DNA of 64,000 nucleotides from an uncultured Gemmatimonadales bacterium (GTDB lineage Bacteria; Gemmatimonadota; Gemmatimonadetes; Longimicrobiales; RSA9): NCBI GenBank assembly GCA_963798845.1, contig CAWCUS010000004.1, positions 384,001 to 448,000 of the forward strand, read 5' to 3'. Shown piece by piece: positions 1 to 9,095 of this stretch (position 1 is its first letter; each line of letters starts with the position of its first letter). The notes under the pieces were generated by a model. It saw only the letters and a program-made list of their open reading frames with translations, ran no database searches and was not told where the DNA came from. The position numbers and the translations under genes were made by a program.

Positions 1-1419
1 CATTCCCGTTCGAACCGCCTGACCACGTCGCTTTCGCTGGGTCGAGCTGCGCCCTCCGGTGGCAACGCGCTGTCCGGGCGAGTTGCGTTCAGCCGTCTTT
101 TCAACGAGGACCCAGGGCCGCTGCCCGAGATCGACCCCGGCTTCGACCGGCGCGGCAGCGATCCCGCCTTCGCGGGCGACGAGCGGACCCGGAAGACGGC
201 GGAGGCGAGCGTCCAGGGGGCGCGCGCCTGGTCGGGCGGTCGGCGCCTGGACGCGGCCGTCGGCCTGCGCTGGTACGATCAGCAGCGGACTCGAACGCTC
301 CTGCTGGCGCCCACGTTCGGCGACACGCAGGACCAGGACGACCGCGAGGTCGGCGTCTGGGCGCGCACGCAGCTTTCCGCATCGGTCGGTCGCGCGCTAC
401 TGCACGTCGGCGCCGATGCCCAGGGTGCCACTTTCCGCACCCGCTACACCGAGCCGGGCACGGGGGCGCTTCTCACTTCAGGGAACGGCCACCTGTGGAA
501 GCTCGGGCTGAACGGCGAGCTTAGCGGCTCGCTCACCGAGCGGCTCCGGCTCGTCGGCGGGGTCCGGTTCGATGCGGTGCTGCCGACAGACGAGACGCCC
601 GCGTCGCCGGGGTCGCCCTCGTTCCACCAGTGGTCGCCGCGGCTCGGCGCGAACCTCGCCTACCGCGAGGACCCGGCGAGCGCGGGCAACGTGTACGTGT
701 CCTGGACGCGAGCGTTCAAGGCGCCGACGCTCGACCAGCTCTTCGACGTTCGCGCCATCCCCACCGGGGAGCCGGGCGCGACGATCAGCATCTCCAACGG
801 GGAGCTGAAGCCGCAGCGCTCCACGGGGATCGAGGGCGGCATCTACCAGCGCCTCCCGCTGGGGGGCGGGGGACGCTACGCCGAGGTGTCGCTCTCCGCT
901 TACGGTCAATGGCTGGATGACGAGATCGACTTCGACATCCTGACGTACCGATACGGGAACATCACGGCGAGCCGGCATACGGGTGCAGAGCTGTCCGTGC
1001 GCGCCATGCTCTCGTCCGCTCTCGAGGTCACGCACGCGGCCACGCTCGACCGGGCCACGTTCCGGACCGCGGAGAACCGCGGCAACCAGCTCAAGAACAT
1101 CCCGGAGAGCGCGTTCACGACCACGGCCCGCGTGATCCTCGCCGCGCCCGTGTCGCTCATGCTGACGCACCGCGCCATCGGCCGCACCTGGCTCGATGAT
1201 GAGAACACCGAGTCGCTTTCCTCCAGATCGCTCATCGACGCCGCGCTTCAATGGCGAGTCGGCGCGGTCGCCGCGCGCCTCTCCGTCCGCAACGTCTTCG
1301 ATACCGAGTACGGCAGCTTCGGTTTCCTGCTCTACGACCCTATGGCCGGCGAGAACGTCCGCATGATCCACCCCGGTATGGGCCGCGCCATCGACCTCCG
1401 ACTGTCCGTGGGGAGCTGA
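1..1419 (+). CDS. TonB-dependent receptor, C-terminal beta-barrel part (5' truncated by window edge)
   Basis: Frame 1 is open from base 1 to TGA at 1419. It carries TBDR barrel motifs 'WSPRLGANLAY', 'YVSWTRAFKAPTLDQLF', 'NGELKPQRSTGIEGG', 'LSVRNVFDTEY' and a terminal 'GRAIDLRLSV' strand. Confidence 0.9.
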   Translation, partial: HSRSNRLTTSLSLGRAAPSGGNALSGRVAFSRLFNEDPGPLPEIDPGFDRRGSDPAFAGDERTRKTAEASVQGARAWSGGRRLDAAVGLRWYDQQRTRTLLLAPTFGDTQDQDDREVGVWARTQLSASVGRALLHVGADAQGATFRTRYTEPGTGALLTSGNGHLWKLGLNGELSGSLTERLRLVGGVRFDAVLPTDETPASPGSPSFHQWSPRLGANLAYREDPASAGNVYVSWTRAFKAPTLDQLFDVRAIPTGEPGATISISNGELKPQRSTGIEGGIYQRLPLGGGGRYAEVSLSAYGQWLDDEIDFDILTYRYGNITASRHTGAELSVRAMLSSALEVTHAATLDRATFRTAENRGNQLKNIPESAFTTTARVILAAPVSLMLTHRAIGRTWLDDENTESLSSRSLIDAALQWRVGAVAARLSVRNVFDTEYGSFGFLLYDPMAGENVRMIHPGMGRAIDLRLSVGS

Positions 1420-1422
1420 GCG

Positions 1423-2010
1423 ATGCCCGGGCACGCCCGAACCCGGCGCCCGCCGCGGACGGAGGCCGGTGCGACCGCTTCGCTCCTGCTCGCCGCCGGG
1501 CTCCTGCTGCTCGTCGTCGCCTGCGGTCCGGATCATCAGGCAGCGGGGCAGGGGTCGACGGGCTCCGCCGAGGTGGCCGCGGAACCGATTCCCGCCGTGG
1601 CCAGGGCGAGCAGCTTGGAAACGACGGCCGGATCGACCGACAGCGCCGCGTCATGGACGATGCCACCGGTCCCCGCGGCGATCGCGCAGGGCATCCTCGT
1701 GTATCGCGCGAATTACTGCGGGACGTGCCACCGGAACACGCTCGCCGGCACGGCCGGCATGTTCGGCCCGAGCCACGACAGCCTGCGCATCAATGCCCTG
1801 CGCCGGATCCACGATCCCCGGTACACCGGCCACGCGACCACCGCCGGGGACTACGTACGGGAGAGCATCCGCGATCCCGGCGCGTGGCGCGTGCCAGGGT
1901 TCGAGCGCACGCGTTTCCTGATGCCGGCCTATATCCAGCTGACCGACTCCGAAGTGGACGCACTGGTCCGTATGCTTCTCTGGCAACCTCCAGCGAAAGG
2001 AGAACGATGA
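1423..2010 (+). CDS. Monoheme c-type cytochrome lipoprotein
   Basis: Lipobox 'LVVAC', heme motif CxxCH (CGTCH), and 'YVRESIRDPGA...MPAY' with a candidate axial Met, resembling the cytochrome c domain fused to caa3 oxidase subunit II. Confidence 0.85.
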   Translation: MPGHARTRRPPRTEAGATASLLLAAGLLLLVVACGPDHQAAGQGSTGSAEVAAEPIPAVARASSLETTAGSTDSAASWTMPPVPAAIAQGILVYRANYCGTCHRNTLAGTAGMFGPSHDSLRINALRRIHDPRYTGHATTAGDYVRESIRDPGAWRVPGFERTRFLMPAYIQLTDSEVDALVRMLLWQPPAKGER

Positions 2011-3161
2011 TCAACCGAACCCCCACCCGACTCGGCTTCCTCGCCCTCGCCTGCCTCTTCCCGCTCGCCGCGTGTGGCGGCGACCGGGAGGCGGCGGAGA
2101 ACGCCGACCTCGAAAGCGCCGGCATCCCGCTGGGCACCGGCCCGACGGTCGTCGCCAGCGGCCTGAACACGCCCATGGGCGTGATGGTCGATGACGATGG
2201 CACGATCTGGATCACCGACAGCGGCACCGGCGGCCCGGATTCCATGGCGGCCCCCCCCGACTCCACCGGACAGGTAGTGAAGCTGCCGTTCGGCAACACT
2301 GCGCGGCTCGTGCGCGTGGATCCGTCCGGCACCCAGAGCGACGTCGTGACCGACCTCCCGTCGATCATCCTGCCAGACGCGCCGATCGGCGCGGCCCGCG
2401 TGGCCCGATGGAACGGGGCACTCTACTTCACGAGCGGCGGATGGCAGGAGGGAACCGGTGAGCGGCAGCCGCGAAACGCCGCGCTGCTCCGCCTGGACGG
2501 GGACCAGGTGAGGGAGGCCCTCAACACGTGGGATTTCGAGGAGAGCCGGAACCCTGCGGGCGCCCTGGTGGAGGCGCACCCGTTCGGGATCACGGTCGGA
2601 CCCGATGGCGCCCTGTGGATCGCGGACGCGGCGGGCAACGACCTCTTCCGGGTCGCCTCGCCATCCGATTCGCTCGAGCTGGTCGCGGTCTTCGACGCGC
2701 TGCCGAGCCCCGTCCCGAACGCGGCGCGCGGCAACGCGATGGAGACCGAGCCGGTCCCCACCAGCGTCGCGTTCATGAACGGCGAGCCCTATGTCTCGTT
2801 CCTGCCCGGCGCCCCGTTCGTGCCGGGATCCGGCAAGGTCGTGCACGTCTCGTCGACCGGTGAATACTCCGATTACGCGACGGGCTTCTCCATGCTGTCC
2901 GATCTCAAGACAGGCCCGGACGGGAAGCTGTACGGCGTGTCCATGGGCACGTTCACCGAGCAGGGGCCGACGCCGAACTCCGGCTCCGTCATACGCATCG
3001 GACCCGGGGATACGTCGGAGCCGATCCTGACCGGTCTGCAGCTTCCGACCGCCATCGCGTTCGACGCCGAAGGCAATGCCTACGTCGTCATCAGCGGCCT
3101 CGGTCAGCCTGGCGCCGGCCAGGTGATGAAGTACCCGCACCTGGTGAGCACCGGCAGCTGA
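2007..3161 (+). CDS. ScyD/ScyE family beta-propeller lipoprotein
   Basis: ATG at 2007 overlaps the upstream TGA (ATGA) with RBS AAAGGAG. Lipobox 'LAAC'. Family-type motifs 'GLNTPMGV', 'HPFGITVGPDGALWIADAAGNDL', 'EPVPTSVAF', 'GAPFVPGSGKV'. Confidence 0.8.
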   Translation: MINRTPTRLGFLALACLFPLAACGGDREAAENADLESAGIPLGTGPTVVASGLNTPMGVMVDDDGTIWITDSGTGGPDSMAAPPDSTGQVVKLPFGNTARLVRVDPSGTQSDVVTDLPSIILPDAPIGAARVARWNGALYFTSGGWQEGTGERQPRNAALLRLDGDQVREALNTWDFEESRNPAGALVEAHPFGITVGPDGALWIADAAGNDLFRVASPSDSLELVAVFDALPSPVPNAARGNAMETEPVPTSVAFMNGEPYVSFLPGAPFVPGSGKVVHVSSTGEYSDYATGFSMLSDLKTGPDGKLYGVSMGTFTEQGPTPNSGSVIRIGPGDTSEPILTGLQLPTAIAFDAEGNAYVVISGLGQPGAGQVMKYPHLVSTGS

Positions 3162-3165
3162 ACCG

Positions 3166-3203
3166 TCGTCCAGCCGGGTCGCCGCGGCGACCCGGCTGGA
3201 CGA
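3166..3203. terminator. Perfect 38-bp palindrome after the ScyD/E gene; probable terminator or stability hairpin
   Basis: TCGTCCAGCCGGGTCGCCG|CGGCGACCCGGCTGGACGA, 4 nt after the stop codon. No U-tract. Confidence 0.55.
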
Positions 3204-3371
3204 GCCGGGGGCGGTCCTGCCACGCCGCGCCGACGCCGGTTGAATCCGTGCACCCGGGCGCATGCGAGCGGCCGAGGAGCCGCGCTGCGCAAGATGCTTG
3301 TATGTGCTCAGGACCGGCCCTAGCATTCGTGGATAGCCCCTTTCCGCCCCTTCGAATCCACGAGGGACGCC

Positions 3372-4982
3372 ATGTCCGGCAATCCGTACGTTCCAGCCGA
3401 TCCGCCTCGGGCTTCCGCGAGCAGGTTCTGGCGGACCCGCTCCTTCTGGGTGGTCGGCACCTTCCTGGCCAGCGTCGTCATGGTGGCGACAGCCTGGTTC
3501 CTGTGGCCGACCGCCGATGTGGACCTCAAGTCGCTTCTGGCGCGACAGCTGGGCGTCGAGCATGACAGCCTTCTGTTCGTCAACCTGCCGCCGGCCGGGT
3601 ACCGGATGCCGGGTGCCATCCTGCTGCGCGCCGGCAACATTCCGTGGGGGAAGCTGAAGGTCGCCGATACGGACTTCAGCCGGGGCCAGCGCACCACGCA
3701 GAGCGCTCACGTCGAATCCGTGTCCATCGCGTCCGGGTCGCTTGGCGGCAGCGCGGGTCAGGAGGCCTTCGTTCGCGATGCGCTGGCGCTGCTGGGCGAG
3801 CGGAGCGACAAGGTCGTGGTCGACCTTTCCTTCGACGGCAGCTCGGTGGAGCTCCCGGACCTCGGGGATCGCGTCGCGCAGTCGGATGCGATCCGGGCGG
3901 TGAGCGAGAGCGGAGAGGATGCTTTCGTGATCTACCGCGCCTGGCAGGGGACGTTGAAGCTCGGCATCCACACGGAGCACGGCGTGTCGGCAAGGTTCCT
4001 CGACAGCCTGGCCGACTCCCTGAGCGTCCTTGCGGCCCGCGCCGACGCGAACGTGCGCTTCCAGGGGGACAAGCACACGGACACGCAGCGCGACCTCGTG
4101 CTCGCCGAGGCGGACGTGTTCGCGTACGAAGCCTACGACGCGGCCAGCCTCTACCACTCCGCCGCTCTTCGGCCGGTGACGGCGCGCACGCAGGAGGTGG
4201 ACCCCGACAGCGCCGTCGCCACGATCATCCGCCTCGACCCGGCGTCGATCGAGCCGGGGGAGCTGACCGAGACGCTCCGCTACATCGGCCCGGAGGCGAG
4301 CAAGGCGACCGTCCGCATCATGCAGCGCGGCACGATGGAGGACATGGAACGAGGCGCGACGGTCCTGGAGCACGTCCCTGAGGAGTACAGGCCGATTCTG
4401 CCCGCCGACGTGTCGAGCGCCCTCACGAGCCCCGATCCGACGGTGCGGGCGTACGCGGTGCTGGCGGTGCCGACCACGGCCGCGACGCGACAGGTGCGGC
4501 AGCTCTCAGCCGCCTTGAACGGCGACGACCCGGTGGTGCGCTTCCTGGCCAGCGAGAAGCTGGGAACCCTCGAATCCCCGGCTGCCACCACAGCCCTGCG
4601 GCAGGCAGTGCGCGACCCCGATCCTGCCGTGGCTCTGTCGGCGAACACGGCTCTGTTCGCCGCCACCGCACCGGTGGGCCACGAGCTCTCGTCCGCGAGC
4701 ACGACGCTGCGGACCGGTACGACCCAGGCCCAGACCGGTGCTCTTCGCTGGATCCGCCGCCAGCGCGTGGCCGCGGACTCGGCGCTGCCGCTACTCGTGC
4801 GAGCACTCTCCAGCTCCGACGCGACCATACGCAACGAGAGCCTGCGTGGCCTGGCCGCGCTCGGGCCCGCGGCGTCGTCCAGCGCCCCGGCTGTCCGGCC
4901 GCTGCTTCAGGATCCGGATCCGGAGACACGGAAGCTGGCGCAGGAGGCGCTGCAGAAGATCACCGGGCAGGGCGGGGGATGA
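3372..4982 (+). CDS. Membrane-anchored HEAT-repeat protein with an uncharacterised, possibly gasdermin-like middle domain
   Basis: RBS GAGGGA. N-terminal TM helix '[21 protein letters not shown]', a beta-rich domain of about 200 aa, then HEAT/PBS-lyase repeats ('[14 protein letters not shown]', '[14 protein letters not shown]', '[10 protein letters not shown]', '[17 protein letters not shown]'). Confidence 0.75.
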   Translation: MSGNPYVPADPPRASASRFWRTRSFWVVGTFLASVVMVATAWFLWPTADVDLKSLLARQLGVEHDSLLFVNLPPAGYRMPGAILLRAGNIPWGKLKVADTDFSRGQRTTQSAHVESVSIASGSLGGSAGQEAFVRDALALLGERSDKVVVDLSFDGSSVELPDLGDRVAQSDAIRAVSESGEDAFVIYRAWQGTLKLGIHTEHGVSARFLDSLADSLSVLAARADANVRFQGDKHTDTQRDLVLAEADVFAYEAYDAASLYHSAALRPVTARTQEVDPDSAVATIIRLDPASIEPGELTETLRYIGPEASKATVRIMQRGTMEDMERGATVLEHVPEEYRPILPADVSSALTSPDPTVRAYAVLAVPTTAATRQVRQLSAALNGDDPVVRFLASEKLGTLESPAATTALRQAVRDPDPAVALSANTALFAATAPVGHELSSASTTLRTGTTQAQTGALRWIRRQRVAADSALPLLVRALSSSDATIRNESLRGLAALGPAASSSAPAVRPLLQDPDPETRKLAQEALQKITGQGGG

Positions 4983-5040
4983 GGTCGATGCTTCGCCACT
5001 CCCTCGTCGATCATCGGCGGTGCCCTTACCCGGAGGCCTC

Positions 5041-6156
5041 ATGAGTCGTGTACGCGTGCTGGCAGGGACGCGCAAAGGCGCGTTCGTCCTGACCTCGGAC
5101 GGAAAGCGGAAGAACTGGACGGTGGACGGCCCGCACTTCGGCGGCTGGGAGGTCTACCACATGAAGGGGTCGGCGACGGAGCCGGACCGGATCTGGGCGT
5201 CTCAATCCACGGGCTGGTTCGGCCAGCTCATCCAGCGCAGCGATGACGGCGGCCGGACGTGGGAGCCGGTGGGGAACGAATTCGCCTACGCCGGCGAGCC
5301 GGGGACCCACAGGTGGTACGACGACACGCCGCATCCGTGGGAGTTCAAGCGGGTGTGGCACCTGGAGCCCTCTCCCGGCGACGCGGACACCGTTTACGCG
5401 GGGGTCGAGGACGCGGCGCTGTTCCGGAGCGACGATGGGGGGAAGAGCTGGCAGGAGCTGGACGGGCTGCGTCGCCAGAAGACGGCTCCGGAGTGGCACC
5501 CGGGGGCGGGGGGCATGTGCCTGCACACGATCCTGCTGGACCCGCGTGGAAACGGGCGCATGTTCACGGCCATCTCCGCTGCCGGGGCCTTCCGGAGCGA
5601 CGATGGCGGCGAAAGCTGGCGGCCGATCAACCGCGGCCTGCGCTCGGAGTACATCCCGGACCCGGAAGCGGAAGTGGGGCACTGCGTGCACCGGATCGCC
5701 ATGCACCCGGCGCGGCCGGACGTGCTCTACATGCAGAAGCACTGGGACGTGATGCGGAGCGATGACGGCGGCGACAGCTGGCACGAGGTGAGCGGCAACC
5801 TCCCCAGCGACTTCGGCTTCCCGATCCAGCTCCACAGCCACGAGCCCGAGACCGTCTACGTGGTCCCCATCAAGAGCGACTCCGAGCACTACCCGCCCGA
5901 TGGGCGCCTGCGCGTGTACCGCAGCCGCACGGGCGGCAACGAGTGGGAGGCGCTTTCGAAAGGGCTGCCGCAGGAACACTGCTACGTCAACGTGCTGCGC
6001 GACGCCATGTCCGCCGACACGCTCGATCCCTGCGGCGTCTACTTCGGCACCACGGGTGGCCAGGTCTACGCATCGTCCGATGAGGGCGACTCCTGGACCG
6101 CCATCGTGCGAGACCTGCCGTCGGTGGTTTCCATCGAGGCGCAGACGCTGCCGTGA
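5041..6156 (+). CDS. BNR/Asp-box repeat beta-propeller (exo-alpha-sialidase-like, WD40/YVTN/BNR)
   Basis: ATG at 5041 after GGAGG. N-terminal '[10 protein letters not shown]' and repeated SxDGGxxW Asp-boxes. No signal peptide. Confidence 0.85.
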   Translation: MSRVRVLAGTRKGAFVLTSDGKRKNWTVDGPHFGGWEVYHMKGSATEPDRIWASQSTGWFGQLIQRSDDGGRTWEPVGNEFAYAGEPGTHRWYDDTPHPWEFKRVWHLEPSPGDADTVYAGVEDAALFRSDDGGKSWQELDGLRRQKTAPEWHPGAGGMCLHTILLDPRGNGRMFTAISAAGAFRSDDGGESWRPINRGLRSEYIPDPEAEVGHCVHRIAMHPARPDVLYMQKHWDVMRSDDGGDSWHEVSGNLPSDFGFPIQLHSHEPETVYVVPIKSDSEHYPPDGRLRVYRSRTGGNEWEALSKGLPQEHCYVNVLRDAMSADTLDPCGVYFGTTGGQVYASSDEGDSWTAIVRDLPSVVSIEAQTLP

Positions 6157-6452
6157 GCGTTCGCGTCGTGCTGCCGACCCACCTCCGCACCCTGGCTCGG
6201 GTCGGCGCCGAGGTGGACCTCGAGGTCGACGGTCCCGTCACGGCCGCCGCGATCCTGGACGAGCTCGAGGCGCGCTACCCGGTTCTGCGCGGCACCATCC
6301 GCGACCACGCCACCAAGCGGCGGCGCGACTTCGTCCGCTACTTCGCCTGCGCCGAGGACCTTTCGCTCGAGCCGCCCGACGCCCCGCTCCCGCCGCCGGT
6401 CGCGGACGGGACCGAGCCTTTCCTCGTGATCGGGGCGGTCGCGGGTGGGTAG
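6153..6452 (+). CDS. MoaD/ThiS family ubiquitin-like protein
   Basis: 99 aa beta-grasp pattern '[13 protein letters not shown]...[16 protein letters not shown]' ending in AVAGG. GTGA overlap with the upstream gene. Confidence 0.9.
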   Translation: MSVRVVLPTHLRTLARVGAEVDLEVDGPVTAAAILDELEARYPVLRGTIRDHATKRRRDFVRYFACAEDLSLEPPDAPLPPPVADGTEPFLVIGAVAGG

Positions 6453-6538
6453 CAGCAGCCGGGCCGCGCGTCGGTGCACCGGCCATCTGGCAGTGTTAAA
6501 TTGTCGGAACATGCATCAATCCACAGCTGAAGGCGGTT

Positions 6539-7318
6539 GTGTCAAAGAGAGCGGAAAGCACCTTGATCGCCGCTTTTGTAAGCGGATCCGTCCTGGCCCT
6601 CCTCGCAGGGGCGGGCCTGTACTTCGCCGACGCGCCGAAGGTGCTTCTCCTGAGCGGCGCGGGTGTGGCGTTCGGCCTCGGCGTGGTCGTAGAGCTGATC
6701 ACCGTGAAGGCCACCTGGGCGAGCGCCGTCGCCGGCGTCGTCACCCTGATGCTCGCGCTCTGGCTCGTGGCCCTGTGGCCGAACTGGAGTCGGTTCTTCA
6801 GCGGCGCCAATCGCTACGACCCACAGCTCAGCGAGCTGGAGCGGCCTGCCCCCGGCGACGGTTCTGGCCGGGGGACGACCGGAACCCCGCCCGACGACTC
6901 CCGTCGCCGGCGACCTCGCCCGCCGCCTACCTCGCCCGCGGATCGTGCCGCCATCTCGCCGGACGGGGAGGTCGATCCTGAGGCGAAAGCCGGTTCCGAG
7001 TCCGCGCGTCCGACGGTCGGGGGGGCGGACGGCGAGGGAGGGGACGCATCCCTGTCGACGGAGACTCGAGGCGACGTCGGCATCCCGAGGTCACTCACCG
7101 TGCGCAATCGGCTGGGCTCCGATGTGGAAGTCGCGCTCGAGGGTCCGGGGGTCGAGGGCGGAGCCGTCCGGCTCTCCCCGGGGGAGGAGTGCGAGCTCCG
7201 GCTCGGGGACGCGCCGCCGGCTCTTGCGACGGTCGTATGGCGACACGGCGAAGTGGAGGAGCGGGTCCCCTGGACGGTGGCCACGGCCGCCGGCACGATC
7301 ATGACGATCGGCGACTGA
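6539..7318 (+). CDS. Hypothetical membrane protein (3 N-terminal TM helices, Pro/Arg linker, small C-terminal beta domain)
   Basis: Three hydrophobic segments in the first 85 aa. The ORF fills the gap between MoaD and the POT gene. Confidence 0.55.
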   Translation: MSKRAESTLIAAFVSGSVLALLAGAGLYFADAPKVLLLSGAGVAFGLGVVVELITVKATWASAVAGVVTLMLALWLVALWPNWSRFFSGANRYDPQLSELERPAPGDGSGRGTTGTPPDDSRRRRPRPPPTSPADRAAISPDGEVDPEAKAGSESARPTVGGADGEGGDASLSTETRGDVGIPRSLTVRNRLGSDVEVALEGPGVEGGAVRLSPGEECELRLGDAPPALATVVWRHGEVEERVPWTVATAAGTIMTIGD

Positions 7319-7351
7319 ACCCGGTCAGACACGACGAGGAGGCCGACGGAC

Positions 7352-8956
7352 ATGGCACCGAACGCTCACGTGGCGAGCGCCGCCGAGCAAAAACACCCGC
7401 GCGGCCTGTACGTGCTCTTCGGCACCGAGATGTGGGAGCGCTTCGGCTTCTACACGGTCAATGGCATGCTCGCCCTGTACGTGCGGGATGCCACGCAGGG
7501 CTTCGGCTTCAGCAACGCGCAGGCTGCCGTCCTGAGCTCATGGTACCTGGGCTTTGTCTACTTCAGCCCGCTCCTCGGCGGCTTCCTGGCGGACCGGATC
7601 CTGGGCTTCCGGCGCGCCATCATGCTGGGCGCGCTGTTCTTCGTGGCCGGCTACTCGCTCCTGGCCGTCCCCCACAGCCTGCCGCTCTTCTACACCGCGC
7701 TGGGGCTGCTCGTGATCGGCAACGGGCTGTTCAAGCCGAACGTGTCGTCCATGGTCGGCAACCTCTATCCCGAAGGGAGCCGGCTCAAGGACAAGGCGTA
7801 CCTGATCTTCTACATGGGGATCAACATCGGCGCCTTCATCGCCCCGGTCCTGGCCGAGATCATCCAGCCCCGCTTCGGCTTCAACATCGCGTTCGCCATG
7901 GGCGCCGTCGGAATGCTCATCGGCCTGACCCTCTTCGCGTCCAACCAGCGCTACGTCCGTGATGCCGATACACCGCGGGACCGGGCGGCCGGCGCCGCCG
8001 CGCGCGCGGACTTCGCCCGCACCGACGCCTCCACCGGGCATCAGCAGGCCGTGGCGACGACGGAGGACCTGCCCCCCGTCGTCAACGAGAGGGCGCAGGC
8101 GATGGACGCCGTTCCGGAATGGAAGCGGATCGTCGCGCTGCTGGTGATCTTCGCCATCGTGATCGTGTTCTGGATGATCTTCCACCAGAACAGCATCACG
8201 CTCACGTTCTGGGCGAACGACCACACGGACTGGAACGTCACCGGGATCCTGTCCAACGCCATCAACCCGATGTGGATCATTCTCCTCTCCCTCCCGCTGG
8301 CCTCCTTCTGGGGATGGCTGGACCGGAAGGGTCTCGAGCCGTCCACGCCGGCGAAGATGATGGTCGGGATGCTGCTGACCGCCGCCTCCTTCACCATCCT
8401 CTTTTTCGCAGCCCGGGCGGGCGGCTTCGATCGACCGGTGTTCCGCGTGGCCCAGGTCACCGACGGCCAGGTGCTGGTCCACATCTCACCGGAAGCGCGC
8501 CGGCACCTGGCCATCGCGTCCGAGCCCGTCCTGCGGACGGACGACGGTCGCGAACTCTGGGTGGCGCGACTGCCGGCGGGAACTGACGTGCGCACCGGGC
8601 AGTTCGTGCGCATGGAGGCCGATGCCGGCGACGGCATCGAGGCCGCGGGCACCCGCCGCGTCTCGCCCTGGTGGCTGATCCTTGCCTACGGCGTCCTCTC
8701 GCTCGGCGAGCTGATGCTCAGCCCGATGGGGCTGGCCCTCGTCTCGAAGGTGGCGCCCATCCGCATGCGCGGCCTCATGATGGGCGGCTGGTTCGCCGCC
8801 ACCGCCATCGGTAACAAGCTGACCGCGATCGGTCGCTTCTGGGACCTCTGGAGCCACGCCGGCTTCTTCATCACCCTCGCCGCCATGGCCGCCGCCATGG
8901 CCGCGCTCCTGCTCCTCCTGCTCCGGCCTTTGAAGAAGGCGATGCCCGGCGTCTGA
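7352..8956 (+). CDS. Proton-dependent oligopeptide transporter (POT/PTR2, MFS)
   Basis: 'KHPRGLYVLFGTEMWERFGFY' (ExxERF motif), 'GGFLADRILG', 'GNGLFKPNVSSMVG', 'FYMGINIGAF', 'GELMLSPMGL'. Confidence 0.95.
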   Translation: MAPNAHVASAAEQKHPRGLYVLFGTEMWERFGFYTVNGMLALYVRDATQGFGFSNAQAAVLSSWYLGFVYFSPLLGGFLADRILGFRRAIMLGALFFVAGYSLLAVPHSLPLFYTALGLLVIGNGLFKPNVSSMVGNLYPEGSRLKDKAYLIFYMGINIGAFIAPVLAEIIQPRFGFNIAFAMGAVGMLIGLTLFASNQRYVRDADTPRDRAAGAAARADFARTDASTGHQQAVATTEDLPPVVNERAQAMDAVPEWKRIVALLVIFAIVIVFWMIFHQNSITLTFWANDHTDWNVTGILSNAINPMWIILLSLPLASFWGWLDRKGLEPSTPAKMMVGMLLTAASFTILFFAARAGGFDRPVFRVAQVTDGQVLVHISPEARRHLAIASEPVLRTDDGRELWVARLPAGTDVRTGQFVRMEADAGDGIEAAGTRRVSPWWLILAYGVLSLGELMLSPMGLALVSKVAPIRMRGLMMGGWFAATAIGNKLTAIGRFWDLWSHAGFFITLAAMAAAMAALLLLLLRPLKKAMPGV

Positions 8957-9095
8957 CCCGCCGCCTGCGGAGAATCGCCTGGATGAAGGCGTTCGCCGCT
9001 CGAGGCGCCGTGTTCCCTGGACCGTCGCCACCGCTGCCGGCCCGGTCCTGACACTGGCCCACCGAGTCTCCGCTCCCGCTCAGCCGGGCCCTGGC

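Noticed and set aside
6480..6600. Lower-GC patch as an insertion or mobile element boundary
   Set aside because: It is short, fits a promoter region, and has no terminal repeats, integrase or transposase.
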